Source: an uncultured Acidobacteriaceae bacterium
GTDB lineage: Bacteria; Acidobacteriota; Terriglobia; Terriglobales; Acidobacteriaceae
Reading direction: 5' to 3'
Length of the DNA stretch: 64,000 nt
Assembly (NCBI GenBank): GCA_963722485.1
Contig: CAVRNL010000015.1
Coordinates: forward strand, 5,759 to 69,758
In this document: positions 42,188 to 52,060 of the stretch, in pieces
Layout of the letters: the number at the start of each line of letters is the position of its first letter
Numbering within the stretch: the stretch's first letter is position 1
Program-made: the position numbers and the translations under genes
Notes under the pieces: generated by a model
Seen by the model: only the letters and a program-made list of their open reading frames with translations
Databases searched by the model: none
What the model was told of the DNA's origin: nothing

Positions 42188-43524
42188 GCCGAGCCCTCGC
42201 CAGAAAACGGCTCGCTCGCCGTTTCAGCGTTCAATGATGAAGCGCCCATCAATCGCAGCAGCGCCGTGACCGTTCTGTCCGTAGCCCCGCGCTGCGATTC
42301 GAGCGCCGCCAGTGCGTTCCGCCCAAGCGTCGTTCGTTCGCCGCCGTTTTCGATCAGTTCCATGAAGACCAGCGGCAACTCCGCCACCCCAACGATGCGC
42401 ACCGCATTGCGGCTGGCAAAGAAATTCACGACGTCGCGAAAATTCTCGTAGTGGTTGCCGGTGACGATGGCAACGCCATAAAGTGCGGGCTCAAGAATGT
42501 TGTGACCGCCGCGCGGCACGAGACTTCCGCCGACGAACGCGACCGTAGCCAGTGAATAGAACGCAGCCAACTCCCCGATGCTGTCGACTAGAAACACGTC
42601 ACCAGCAAGCAATTCGCCGCTCCACAGCGAGCGCCGCCACATTCGGAAGCCAAGCTTCTCGACGAGCTCGCCAACCTCCCCAAAGCGCTCGGGATGCCTC
42701 GGGGCAAGAATCATCACCGCCTTCGGATGGTTGGCCAGGATGTTGTGAAACGCCGAAAGCAGCGAGCCTTCTTCGTCTTCGAGCGTACTGCCACACACCA
42801 GAATCGGCCCCGCTCCCGAGTGGCTGAAGCTCTCACGAAGACTCGCAACGATCTTCGGCGCTGGCGGTGGCGCCACATCGAATTTCAGATTGCCAGCCAC
42901 GGTGATCTTCGCTTCGGCCGCGCCAATTTCCATGAGCCGCTGCCGGTCTTCTTCGGTCTGAGCCAAAAAAATATCGACGTTATCCAGCGTCATCTCCAGC
43001 AATTTCGGAAGCCAGGAGCGAAACCGCTTGTAGCTGGGAAACGAGCGGTCGGAAATGCGGCAGTTGATCACCGCGATGCGAGCCCCGCTGCGCTTCGCCA
43101 GCCGGAGAAAATTCGGCCAGAACTCGGTTTCGGCAACAACCACGAGTTCCGGACGCAAAGCATCAAGGTAGGGACGGATGGCGAAGGCGAAGTCCAGAGG
43201 AAAGTAAAACACGTTCTCCGCACCGAACCGCAGCGCGGCGAGTTTCTGCCCCGTGCTGGTAGTCGTGGAAATCACCACGCGATGAGACGGAAATTTCTGC
43301 CGCAGCGCCGTGACGACTGCGCTCGATGCCACCACCTCGCCCACCGAAACCGCATGAATCCAGATGGCGCCTTTCTCGCCACGGCCAGTGAAAGCGGGCG
43401 GAACGGCGCCGAACCTCTGCCGCAACCCTGCCCGATACTTGCCATGCCGCAGCATTTGCAGCAGCCAGTAGGGCAGCGTCAGCAGCAGACAAGAAGCGAG
43501 CAGCGCACTGTAGAGCACGTACAT
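42184..43524 (-). CDS. waaA: 3-deoxy-D-manno-octulosonic acid transferase
   Basis: IWIHAVSVGEV, and GGSLVPRGGHNILEPA. Confidence 0.9.
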   Translation of the reverse strand: MYVLYSALLASCLLLTLPYWLLQMLRHGKYRAGLRQRFGAVPPAFTGRGEKGAIWIHAVSVGEVVASSAVVTALRQKFPSHRVVISTTTSTGQKLAALRFGAENVFYFPLDFAFAIRPYLDALRPELVVVAETEFWPNFLRLAKRSGARIAVINCRISDRSFPSYKRFRSWLPKLLEMTLDNVDIFLAQTEEDRQRLMEIGAAEAKITVAGNLKFDVAPPPAPKIVASLRESFSHSGAGPILVCGSTLEDEEGSLLSAFHNILANHPKAVMILAPRHPERFGEVGELVEKLGFRMWRRSLWSGELLAGDVFLVDSIGELAAFYSLATVAFVGGSLVPRGGHNILEPALYGVAIVTGNHYENFRDVVNFFASRNAVRIVGVAELPLVFMELIENGGERTTLGRNALAALESQRGATDRTVTALLRLMGASSLNAETASEPFSGEGSA

Positions 43525-43723
43525 GAAAGAAGTCCCATTCTAAATGGCGAGCCGAAATCCGATAGTCGATCGCCGGCATACAGCATCGCTCGCATCGGTG
43601 GCATCCTACCCATGACCGGCTTCGAGCTGCGAGCTGGGCCGAATCGCTGGCTCGCAGCTCGCGGCCATCTCCTATAATTCACGTATGCATAATGCAGGTG
43701 TGCAAAAATCGCCGCCCGCGCCG

Positions 43724-44389
43724 ATGAAGCGAACACCGCATTTCGTGGCAGTCTGCGCTTTCGTGCTGCTGGGCTGCCTGTGCGCGGTTGCGGCAAAAGA
43801 GTTTGTGATGCCCGCAGCACAGCCCGCCCGCACCTACCCGGCGCACGACGACCACCCCATGGAGAAAGTTGTGGTCGCAGTCGATCCCTACGACGTGGAG
43901 GACAAGGCTTCGATCTTCAGCGTCAACTACCGTAACAACGGTTACATGCCGGTCTTCTTCGTCATCACGAATGACGGCGATCAGCCGGTCTCTCTCGTCG
44001 GCATGAAGGCCCAGTTGAATACCAAAGATCGCAGCAAGCTGCTGCCCTCGACCACGGACGAGGTGGTGCGCCGGCTCTCGCGTCCTTCGCGGAATGACGG
44101 GGCGAATCGGATGCCGCTGCCGATTCCGCTGCCCAAGAAAGAGGTCAAAGGCGGCGTCAGCCGCAAGACCTGGGACGAAATCGAGCAGGCTCAGTTTGGC
44201 GCCAGGGCCGTCGAACCGCACTCCACGGCGCGTGGTTTTCTGTTTTTCGATATCCTGGACATCTCGAATCCCTTGGCTGGCGCGAGTTTCTATCTCATGG
44301 GAGTGCGCGACGCGAAGGGCAATGAGCTGATGTATTTTGAAATCCCGATGGAAAAATACTTGAGCGCGCCGGAAACTAAGCAACCGTAG
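43724..44389 (+). CDS. exported hypothetical protein
   Basis: ATG 43724 gives signal peptide MKRTPHFVAVCAFVLLGCLCAVAA. No family recognised. Confidence 0.55.
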   Translation: MKRTPHFVAVCAFVLLGCLCAVAAKEFVMPAAQPARTYPAHDDHPMEKVVVAVDPYDVEDKASIFSVNYRNNGYMPVFFVITNDGDQPVSLVGMKAQLNTKDRSKLLPSTTDEVVRRLSRPSRNDGANRMPLPIPLPKKEVKGGVSRKTWDEIEQAQFGARAVEPHSTARGFLFFDILDISNPLAGASFYLMGVRDAKGNELMYFEIPMEKYLSAPETKQP

Positions 44390-44468
44390 CAGTCGAACGA
44401 TGGAGCGACGGGCGCCCTCACCCGTCCGCCCTGAACCCAGTCCAAGGGTCCAGCTATAATCTCTTGCT

Positions 44469-45962
44469 ATGGTGACCACTCCAGCCCTCTCCGAGGACTT
44501 ACTCGCGAAATACGAGCCGGTCATCGGACTCGAAGTCCACGTACAGCTCCTGACCGCGTCGAAAATCTTTTGCTCATGCTCGACTCGTTTTGGCGATCCG
44601 CCGAACACCAATGTGTGCCCCGTCTGTCTGGGACTTCCCGGAGCTTTGCCGGTGCTGAACCGCAAGGCCGTGGAATTCGCGGCGCTCGCGGCAATGGCGT
44701 TGGAGTGCCGCATCAACCTAGTTTCCATCTTCGCGCGAAAGAACTATTTTTATCCCGACCTGCCGAAGGGTTACCAGATCTCGCAGTACGACAAGCCACT
44801 GGCTGAGTTCGGATTCATCGAGATCGACCTGAGCGAAAGTAAAACGCACGGCGGCAAAAAGAAGATCGGCATCACCCGGCTTCACCTCGAAGAAGACGCG
44901 GGCAAGAGCCTGCACGAGGGCTTCGCCGACTCTGCTCATAAGACTGCCATCGATTTGAACCGCACCGGCGTGCCTCTCGCCGAGATCGTTAGCGAACCCG
45001 ACATGCGGTCGCCGGAGGAAGCTCACGAGTACCTCACGCGGCTCAAGGAAATCATTCTCTACACCGGCGTCAGCGACTGCAACATGGAGGAAGGTTCGCT
45101 GCGCTGCGACGCCAACATCAGCGTGCGCCCTCGCGGACAAAAGGAATTCGGCACCAAGACCGAGATCAAGAACGTCAACTCGTTCCGCTTCGTCAAACAG
45201 GCGCTCGAATATGAGATCGAGCGGCAAATCGAGGTCCTGGAATCCGGCGGTAAGATCACCCAGGAATCGCGTCTCTACAACGCCAACGAGGGCAAAACTT
45301 ACGGCATGCGTTCGAAAGAGCAGGCGCACGACTACCGTTATTTCCCCGAGCCCGATTTACTTCCCCTGGTGGTCGATGAAAAATGGCAAGCCGCAATCCG
45401 CGCCAGCCTGCCCGAACTTCCGGAGGCGCGCCGCCAGCGCATGATGAACGACTATGGCATCACCGCCGGCGACGCCCACACGCTGACGTTGACGCGAGCC
45501 ATGGCCGATCAATTCGAGTCCGCGGCCCGCACCGCGAAAAATCCCAAGCGCGTAGCCAACCTGGTGCAGAGCGAATTACTGGGACGCCTCAAAGCGCAGG
45601 GTCTCGAACTCGAGCAGTCGCCCATTTCGATGGCCGGGGTTACGGTGTCGGCCGACTTGGTCGAGTCGGGCGCAATTTCGGGCAAGATGCTGAAAGATCT
45701 TTACGACCTGTGCTTCGAGCGCAAGCAGGACTTCCCTGCCGTTTACGAAGCGCAGGGGCGTCCCGAGCAGTCGCGCGATACGTCGACACTGGAGAAGCTC
45801 GCCGATGAGCTGATCGCAGCGAATCCCAAGCAGGTGGAGCAATATCGCGCGGGCAAGAAAACCATGATCGGATTCTTCGTCGGCCAGGTGATGAAGGCCT
45901 CGAAGGGTCAAGCCAATCCGCAGTTGGTGAACGAAGTCTTGACCAAGAAGCTGGAAGGGTAG
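44469..45962 (+). CDS. gatB: Asp-tRNA(Asn)/Glu-tRNA(Gln) amidotransferase subunit B
   Basis: YEPVIGLEVHVQL, NRTGVPLAEIVSEPD, and a C-terminal GatB/YqeY domain. Confidence 0.95.
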   Translation: MVTTPALSEDLLAKYEPVIGLEVHVQLLTASKIFCSCSTRFGDPPNTNVCPVCLGLPGALPVLNRKAVEFAALAAMALECRINLVSIFARKNYFYPDLPKGYQISQYDKPLAEFGFIEIDLSESKTHGGKKKIGITRLHLEEDAGKSLHEGFADSAHKTAIDLNRTGVPLAEIVSEPDMRSPEEAHEYLTRLKEIILYTGVSDCNMEEGSLRCDANISVRPRGQKEFGTKTEIKNVNSFRFVKQALEYEIERQIEVLESGGKITQESRLYNANEGKTYGMRSKEQAHDYRYFPEPDLLPLVVDEKWQAAIRASLPELPEARRQRMMNDYGITAGDAHTLTLTRAMADQFESAARTAKNPKRVANLVQSELLGRLKAQGLELEQSPISMAGVTVSADLVESGAISGKMLKDLYDLCFERKQDFPAVYEAQGRPEQSRDTSTLEKLADELIAANPKQVEQYRAGKKTMIGFFVGQVMKASKGQANPQLVNEVLTKKLEG

Positions 45963-46053
45963 GGCGGCGGTCATGCCCAGCCCCTAAAGGGGCATTCGAT
46001 TTTGGAGAGCGTGCGGCATCGCTAAAGCGATGCCCTGATACAAACCCCAGGTC

Positions 46054-47136
46054 CTACTTCGCGTTTCCCAGATTCTTCAGCACTTCCTCCGCATAGTAGT
46101 TCGTGACTTTGGCGTCGTCACGGAGGGTCTCGTAGTACGCCGCTTTCAACAACTGCTCGCGGCGATCGCGCAATTGCTGGCGAATGGCCTGCTGCACCCG
46201 CGGATCGTTCAAGTCCCTCTGGCCCGCCGGCTCTTTCGAGATCAGTTTCACGATGATGTAAGCGAAGGTCTGATGATTGGTTGGGTTGAGCAGCGGGATC
46301 ACGGGCGAATATTGGCCCGGTTTGAGCTTCATCACCGCTGCGGCCACTTCGCGAGTTGTCGGATCGGGGTTCTTCGTGAGTTGGGATTCGGGAGCCATTC
46401 CCAAATCCCCGCCATTATTGCTGGTATCCGGGTCCTCGGAATAATTCATAGCCAGCGTAGCGAAGTCGTCGCCACTGTCGAGCCGGTTGGCAATCATCTC
46501 GATCTTCTTGCGCGCATCGGCATCGTTCTGCGCCTTGCTGTTCTGCAGGTTGTGCACCTGGGCGTTGCCGGCTCCTGAAACCACGATTTTGGCCAAATGA
46601 TACTGCGCTTCGATCAGGTTGAACTCGGCCTTGTGCTCGTTGTAGTAGCCGGAAACATCCTGGTCGGTGATGTTAATGTGCGAGGTGATCTCCTTGTTCA
46701 ACACCTTTTCGCGGGTCAGGGAGCGCCGCAGGTCGCGCTTGAAGTCATCGAGCGTGATCTTCTTGTCCTGCATGCGCTTGTTAAACTCCTCGGCGGTGTA
46801 GGGCGACTTGATTTCGTTCAGCTTGCGGTCCACTTCTTCGTCCGTAGCCAGCAGCCCGAGCTTCTCCGCGCGCTGCATCAGAATTTCCGTCTCGACCAGC
46901 TCATTAAGAATGCTCAGCCGCAGGCTTACCGCCTGCTCGCCCGTCGGCTGCTGATCGGAGCCCGCCGTCTGGTTGGCGTAATATTTGTCGACCTCGCTGC
47001 GATAAATCCTCCGCCCATTGACCGAGGCCATGACGTCGCCGCCGCTGCTGTTGCGGTTGCAAGCCAACAGCCCCATCAAAAGAAATGCGCTGACCATTAC
47101 GAGGCCCGCCCGAACCAAGCAGTTACGATTTTTCAA
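46054..47136 (-). CDS. SurA-like peptidylprolyl isomerase lipoprotein
   Basis: GGAGGGAGG lies before TTG 47136. Lipobox LLAC. SurA-N-like region and a PpiC-type domain (GGDLGM). Confidence 0.8.
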   Translation of the reverse strand: MKNRNCLVRAGLVMVSAFLLMGLLACNRNSSGGDVMASVNGRRIYRSEVDKYYANQTAGSDQQPTGEQAVSLRLSILNELVETEILMQRAEKLGLLATDEEVDRKLNEIKSPYTAEEFNKRMQDKKITLDDFKRDLRRSLTREKVLNKEITSHINITDQDVSGYYNEHKAEFNLIEAQYHLAKIVVSGAGNAQVHNLQNSKAQNDADARKKIEMIANRLDSGDDFATLAMNYSEDPDTSNNGGDLGMAPESQLTKNPDPTTREVAAAVMKLKPGQYSPVIPLLNPTNHQTFAYIIVKLISKEPAGQRDLNDPRVQQAIRQQLRDRREQLLKAAYYETLRDDAKVTNYYAEEVLKNLGNAK

Positions 47137-47166
47137 GTTCCTCCCTCCGCCATGACGGCGTGGAAT

Positions 47167-47255
47167 CTGTAATTGGCAATTTGTAATTGGTAATCTCGAT
47201 CCCGCGACCGACGGATTTTCAATCACAAATCGCAAATTACAAATCATAAATTCAC
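47167..47255. repeat. hairpin with tandem-heptamer arms, TAATTGG family, copy 2 (degenerate)
   Basis: CTGTAATTGGCAATTTGTAATTGG pairs with TCAATCACAAATCGCAAATTACAA (about 19 of 24). It abuts the stop of the dsbA-like gene. Confidence 0.75.
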
Positions 47256-48242
47256 TTACTTCGTGGGCGCGGCCGGCGGAGTTTTTGTTTCCGCCGCGGC
47301 CGGCTTGTGCTCCGGAGGCGCGACGCCGGCATCCTTCAACGCTCGATCGAGCGCCAACCGCACTTCATCCACGGGCACAGCTCCATCCAGTTTCTGTCCG
47401 TTCACAAACATCGTCGGAGTTGCGTCCACTCCGACAGCGTCGCCCTCGTGCATCGAGGCGCGCACCGCCTTTTCATCCTGGGCTTTGACGCATGCCTGCA
47501 ATTTCGCAACGTCGAGATTGTGTTTCTGCGCCTGCAGCGTGGCCAGCTTATCGAGTTCCCCATTCCAACCATCGTGGCCTTTGGCTTTGATCGCGTCCTG
47601 ATTGCCGTGCAGGTAATCGGCGTAGTCCCAGTAGGCATCGACGTTTTGCGCGCCCAGGCAATTGGCATTCACCGCCGCATGCACAGCCCAGGGATGAATT
47701 TCTTCGAGCGGGTAATCCTTGTAGATGAAAAGCACGCGATCGCCGTATTCCTTGAAGATCCCGGGGAAAAGTGTCGCGTGCATGCCGGAGCAGAACGGGC
47801 ACTCGAAATCGTCGTAGTTGATCACCGTCACCTTGGCATCTTTGTTGCCGCGCGTCGGCCGCCCAGTGACGTCAATCTTCTTCATGATCTCGGCATAAGG
47901 ATCGCTGCTCAGATCGAACTTGGTGATGCGCATCAGCGTCTTGTGGTCGCGCGAGAGCAGAAATTCGAAGTCCTGTTTCTTATCGGGACTGGCAAAGGTA
48001 ACCGTCAGCGCGTCGTAGTTCGCAAACTCACTCGGCCGGAGTGTCCCCACCATCACTTTTACATCCGGCGGGAGGGAATAATGCGCCCGCACCTGCCGTT
48101 CGATCGCGCGCGTGATCTCCGAAGCAGGCGAACCCGGCGGCGGAGAAGCAGCAGGAGGAGACTGGGCCGAGCAACCCAGACAAATCAGCAAAAGAACCAG
48201 AAACGCGCGCCGCGCCATCATCAGTAGAACCCGCCTGAACAT
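47256..48242 (-). CDS. DsbA-family thioredoxin-fold protein, exported
   Basis: CxxC motif in FECPFCSGMH. Signal peptide from ATG 48242 (MFRRVLLMMARRAFLVLLLICLGC). Confidence 0.8.
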   Translation of the reverse strand: MFRRVLLMMARRAFLVLLLICLGCSAQSPPAASPPPGSPASEITRAIERQVRAHYSLPPDVKVMVGTLRPSEFANYDALTVTFASPDKKQDFEFLLSRDHKTLMRITKFDLSSDPYAEIMKKIDVTGRPTRGNKDAKVTVINYDDFECPFCSGMHATLFPGIFKEYGDRVLFIYKDYPLEEIHPWAVHAAVNANCLGAQNVDAYWDYADYLHGNQDAIKAKGHDGWNGELDKLATLQAQKHNLDVAKLQACVKAQDEKAVRASMHEGDAVGVDATPTMFVNGQKLDGAVPVDEVRLALDRALKDAGVAPPEHKPAAAETKTPPAAPTK

Positions 48243-48366
48243 GAGCAAACGCCTGATTATCTCATGGCGGGAAGGATTGCCGCTGTAGAGACGGGGCTTG
48301 CCCCATCTCCCGCCCGCGTCTTCAATCGCGCGGGGAGGCGGCAAGCCGCGTCTTTATAGGAAGTTT

Positions 48367-49221
48367 TCAGGAGTGTCCCCGCAGCAACTCTTCCGCGGTC
48401 AGCAACTGATTCATCGACCCGGAGCGGAAACCCTCCAGATCGAGAGTGACGAACTTGAATCCCAGTCCTTTGAACACGGAGGTGAACTCATGGGCCATCT
48501 CGGCCGTCAACGCGCGGGGAAGTTCTTCGCGCGCAATCTCAATGCGCACGATCTCGCCGTGATGGCGCACGCGGAATTGCCGGAACCCCATGCCCCGCAG
48601 CGCGTCTTCGCCCCGCTCGATCACCTGCAGCGCTTCGGGCGTAACCGCGCGTCCGTATTCCATGCGCGACGAAAGACAGGCGGAGGCCGGCTTGTCCCAT
48701 ACCCGCAACTCCGCTTGCCGCGCCAGTTCCCGTATCTCAGCTTTCGTCAGAGCGGCTTCAACCAGCGGCGCCAGAACATGATGCTGGCGCGCGGCCTGCT
48801 GTCCGGGCCGAAAATCTCCCGCATCGTCGGCGTTGACTCCGTAAGCGATGGCGTCGAATCCGTGCGCCTCACGGTAGCGCTCGAGCACGGCAAACAGTTC
48901 GTCTTTGCAGTGAAAACAGCGCATGGCATCGTTGCGCGTATACGCGGGGTTTTCCAATTCCTGCGTTTCCACCACCTCGACCGGAATCTCCCGCTCGCGG
49001 GCAAAGGCCAGCGCGTCTTCGAGATGAGTCCGAGCCAGGCTGGCCGAATCCGCAATCACGGCGAGCATTTGCCCGCCGAGCACGTCGTGCGCCATCCAGG
49101 CAAGAAAGGCGGAGTCCACGCCCCCGGAGTAGGCAACGAGCAAGCGACCGTTGCCTTCAAGGATCTGTCGCAGGCGTGCCGCTTTCTCATCGAGCGTGGC
49201 CACAGTGTTCACCATCTCCAT
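48367..49221 (-). CDS. larE: LarE-like ATP-dependent sulfur transferase (PP-loop)
   Basis: PP-loop AYSGGVDSAF, then RCFHCK, ACLSSR and RVRHHGEIVRIE. Confidence 0.75.
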   Translation of the reverse strand: MEMVNTVATLDEKAARLRQILEGNGRLLVAYSGGVDSAFLAWMAHDVLGGQMLAVIADSASLARTHLEDALAFAREREIPVEVVETQELENPAYTRNDAMRCFHCKDELFAVLERYREAHGFDAIAYGVNADDAGDFRPGQQAARQHHVLAPLVEAALTKAEIRELARQAELRVWDKPASACLSSRMEYGRAVTPEALQVIERGEDALRGMGFRQFRVRHHGEIVRIEIAREELPRALTAEMAHEFTSVFKGLGFKFVTLDLEGFRSGSMNQLLTAEELLRGHS

Positions 49222-49235
49222 TATCCACGAAAAAA

Positions 49236-49314
49236 GTTCTCGGTTCTCAGTTCTCGGTTCTCAGTGAAAGGCGACGCGATTTTCTCTGAGAACTGAGAAC
49301 CGGGAATTGAGAAC
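49236..49314. repeat. hairpin with tandem-heptamer arms, GTTCTCR family
   Basis: GTTCTCGGTTCTCAGTTCTCGGTTCTCAG pairs with CTGAGAACTGAGAACCGGGAATTGAGAAC. It lies between the lptD stop and the larE start. Confidence 0.8.
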
Positions 49315-49342
49315 TCATTGGATGCCTACGCCGCAGCGCCGG

Positions 49343-51868
49343 CTAGTACAGCCGCTCCTGCCGCCTGAGATTGCCGAAGGCTCCAATGTTCGCCAGCGTA
49401 AACGAGAAACGATATTGATTCTCGTTGCGCACCGATCCCAGCGCAAAGCGCCGGTATTCCAGGCTCAGGCCGCAACAGTCCCAGTTGTAGGTCGTCTGCG
49501 CCGTCGCATACTGCAAAGATCCATGGTCGGCGTCGAAGCCAAAGCTGGTGGCGGCGCTCAAGCCGCGCTTGTTGAGTTGACCGTAACCGAACAACACCCG
49601 AAACTGGTTGAACTCGCAGACGCTTGTGGGAGTTGTATGCAGCGCGCAGTTTGTCGGTGCCGTTCCCGCTCCCCTGTCGATCACGCGCAGGAAAGCATCG
49701 CCTCCCCCAAGGGTAAATGGACCGTAGCGGTAGTTCACCAGCGCCATGCTGGAATTGACGCGGCCGTCTTTGAAGTCGTAATCCACATCCCACTCCGTGT
49801 TGGTGCGCGGGCTGGTCTCGATGCGCAAGCGGGAAATGAGTGGAGCAAAGCGCCGCTCTGAATCCAGAAATGCGGCGCCCGTAAAATCCGCGGTCGTCGT
49901 GAACACGTTCCTCTGCCCTGCCGCCAGCGCATTTCCAAACGTGGGATCGAAAAAATACTTCTGTCCGATCTCCCAACTCAAGATTTCCCGCGGGCCCGAG
50001 GCGCAGGGTTGAGCGTCCGGCGCCGGAGGCAGTTCCCACGGAACCACGCCAACTTGCGGGACGCCGCCGATGGTCAGCGTGCTCATGCCCGCCACGTCGC
50101 AATCCTTGACATTGGGATCCACATGCTTGGCGTAAATACGATTCACTACCGAGTACTCGATTTCATTGGTGTTGGTCAGTACATCGGCGGCATCGAAACG
50201 CAGAATGTCGGCGAAGTTATTGACGCCGGTCACGTAGTCGTACCTCATGCGCGGCTCGATTACATGCTTCCATTTGCGCCCGAGCCAGGGATGATCGAAG
50301 ACCCGCGACAACGCCGGCGGGCGCAACTCGACCGAAGTTTCCAGCGATTTGCGATTCAGAATGTCGTCGGCAGCGGTTGTGGAATTTGCCGGGCTGCCCT
50401 GCTCCGTGTAGAACGTATCCCGCAGCGTAAGTGCGGGACGGAACGACCACCCTTGCCATTGCAAGGGCATCGAAAGCGAAGGCGCGAGATCGAATCTTCC
50501 CACCATGGGGCCGGTACGGAACCCAATCTCGCGCCGCTGCAACCCTTCCGCCGCGCTCTCAAACGACCAGTACAGCGGCGTATTTCCCAACTGCCGCTCC
50601 TCGCCGGAGAAAAAGAAACTCGGCGTATGCAGAATCCGAACCAGCTCCGTCTGCGTGAGCGTGGTGCAACCCGCGTTCAATTCGGTATTCGGATTGCAAA
50701 CTTCGAAGTTCTGGTAGCGCTCCGCCAGGGCATTGAAGTGAAATCCGTTGGTCGTGTTGGAGAGAAAAATCTGCGACCGCACTTCCGAGTCGATCGCCTG
50801 GGTGTAAACATCAGTGAAGGCGATGCGGAAAACAAAAGAACTCAAGTAATCGATATTCGCAACGCCGCGAAACGTCCCGAATGGACGCTCTGCGATGAAA
50901 CGTGCATCCTCGCCACCTTGGTTCTGCGGCGGAGTGCCGATGCCGCGATCCACCATTCCCACGTAGTTGAAGAACACGTACGAACTGTCGCTCGGACGAG
51001 CGCGGAATTCTCCGCGTTCGAACCAACCGCGTTTGGAGTAGTATTCGGCGCCCGCCAGCGCGTCCATGCTGCGATTGAAGACCCAGTACACGGCATCGCC
51101 GGCAGTCGTTCCCTTGGTGGACGAGTTGCCGAAACTCGGAAGCAGCAGCCCGGTCTGGCGCTGCTCCTTCTGAACCGGAAGCGCCACAAACGGAAAATAG
51201 AACACCGGCATACCCATCAACCGGAAGTCGCTGTGATAGATTTTGGCGGTGCCGTCCACATCCACCGAGATGTGCCGCGCGTTGAATTGCCATTTCGGAC
51301 GCGGCAGCTCACAGGTGGTGACCGTTCCTTGCCGCACCAGGTAACGGTCTGGCCCGTGTCGCTCTACAATTTTTCCGGTAAAGGCAAACGGATTGGACGT
51401 GGTCAGCACGTAGCGGGAATTCCGCATCCGCAGTCCCACCGTTCCGATTGCGCTATAGAAGACTCCCGTTTCCGTGCGGATATTGTAAGTGCCGTGACTG
51501 GCCTCGACGTGCTCGTCGTAAGGACCGCCATCCAGCACGACGTGGCCCTCCAACTCGCTGTCTCCGGTGTCCGCGTTGTAGGTGACTTGATCGGCGTGCA
51601 GGATGTAGTTGCGATAGCGAATTTCCGCCGCGCCACGCAGGTGATAAATCGACCCATCTTTTTCCTGTTGCACCGCCCGGATCGTAACCTCTTCTTCCGT
51701 CTGTCCGGCAGGCGTTGCCGCCAGAACCGGGGCCGTCGCAGGAGCGTTCTCGGGAGCAGAAACCGCCGCCGCCGCAGGGGGCAGCGTCTGGCTGGTTACT
51801 ATCCCGTGAGCGAGAAGCAGATGACAGACCAATGCGGTCGTGATAAAGATTCGAGAGCGGGTGATCAT
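49343..51868 (-). CDS. lptD: LPS-assembly protein LptD
   Basis: I set the start to ATG 51868 (MITRSRIFITTALVCHLLLA). OstA-like N-terminal domain (YHLRGAAEIRYRNYILHADQVTYN), then a large beta-barrel. Confidence 0.85.
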   Translation of the reverse strand: MITRSRIFITTALVCHLLLAHGIVTSQTLPPAAAAVSAPENAPATAPVLAATPAGQTEEEVTIRAVQQEKDGSIYHLRGAAEIRYRNYILHADQVTYNADTGDSELEGHVVLDGGPYDEHVEASHGTYNIRTETGVFYSAIGTVGLRMRNSRYVLTTSNPFAFTGKIVERHGPDRYLVRQGTVTTCELPRPKWQFNARHISVDVDGTAKIYHSDFRLMGMPVFYFPFVALPVQKEQRQTGLLLPSFGNSSTKGTTAGDAVYWVFNRSMDALAGAEYYSKRGWFERGEFRARPSDSSYVFFNYVGMVDRGIGTPPQNQGGEDARFIAERPFGTFRGVANIDYLSSFVFRIAFTDVYTQAIDSEVRSQIFLSNTTNGFHFNALAERYQNFEVCNPNTELNAGCTTLTQTELVRILHTPSFFFSGEERQLGNTPLYWSFESAAEGLQRREIGFRTGPMVGRFDLAPSLSMPLQWQGWSFRPALTLRDTFYTEQGSPANSTTAADDILNRKSLETSVELRPPALSRVFDHPWLGRKWKHVIEPRMRYDYVTGVNNFADILRFDAADVLTNTNEIEYSVVNRIYAKHVDPNVKDCDVAGMSTLTIGGVPQVGVVPWELPPAPDAQPCASGPREILSWEIGQKYFFDPTFGNALAAGQRNVFTTTADFTGAAFLDSERRFAPLISRLRIETSPRTNTEWDVDYDFKDGRVNSSMALVNYRYGPFTLGGGDAFLRVIDRGAGTAPTNCALHTTPTSVCEFNQFRVLFGYGQLNKRGLSAATSFGFDADHGSLQYATAQTTYNWDCCGLSLEYRRFALGSVRNENQYRFSFTLANIGAFGNLRRQERLY

Positions 51869-52060
51869 TAGCGGTGATCTGCAAGCGCGCGTGCGCTTTG
51901 CCAACGGGAACCAACTGACCTTAGCACGCGGGCGGCAGGCGAAGCAAAGCTGCGCATTTTTGTGGTCTCCCTGATTTGTGCCGGGCCTGGCTCTGGCTCC
52001 TGGCATTCTTCGCGACTTGCTTACGACGACTCGATTCACGACCGGGTTGATACCGGACCG

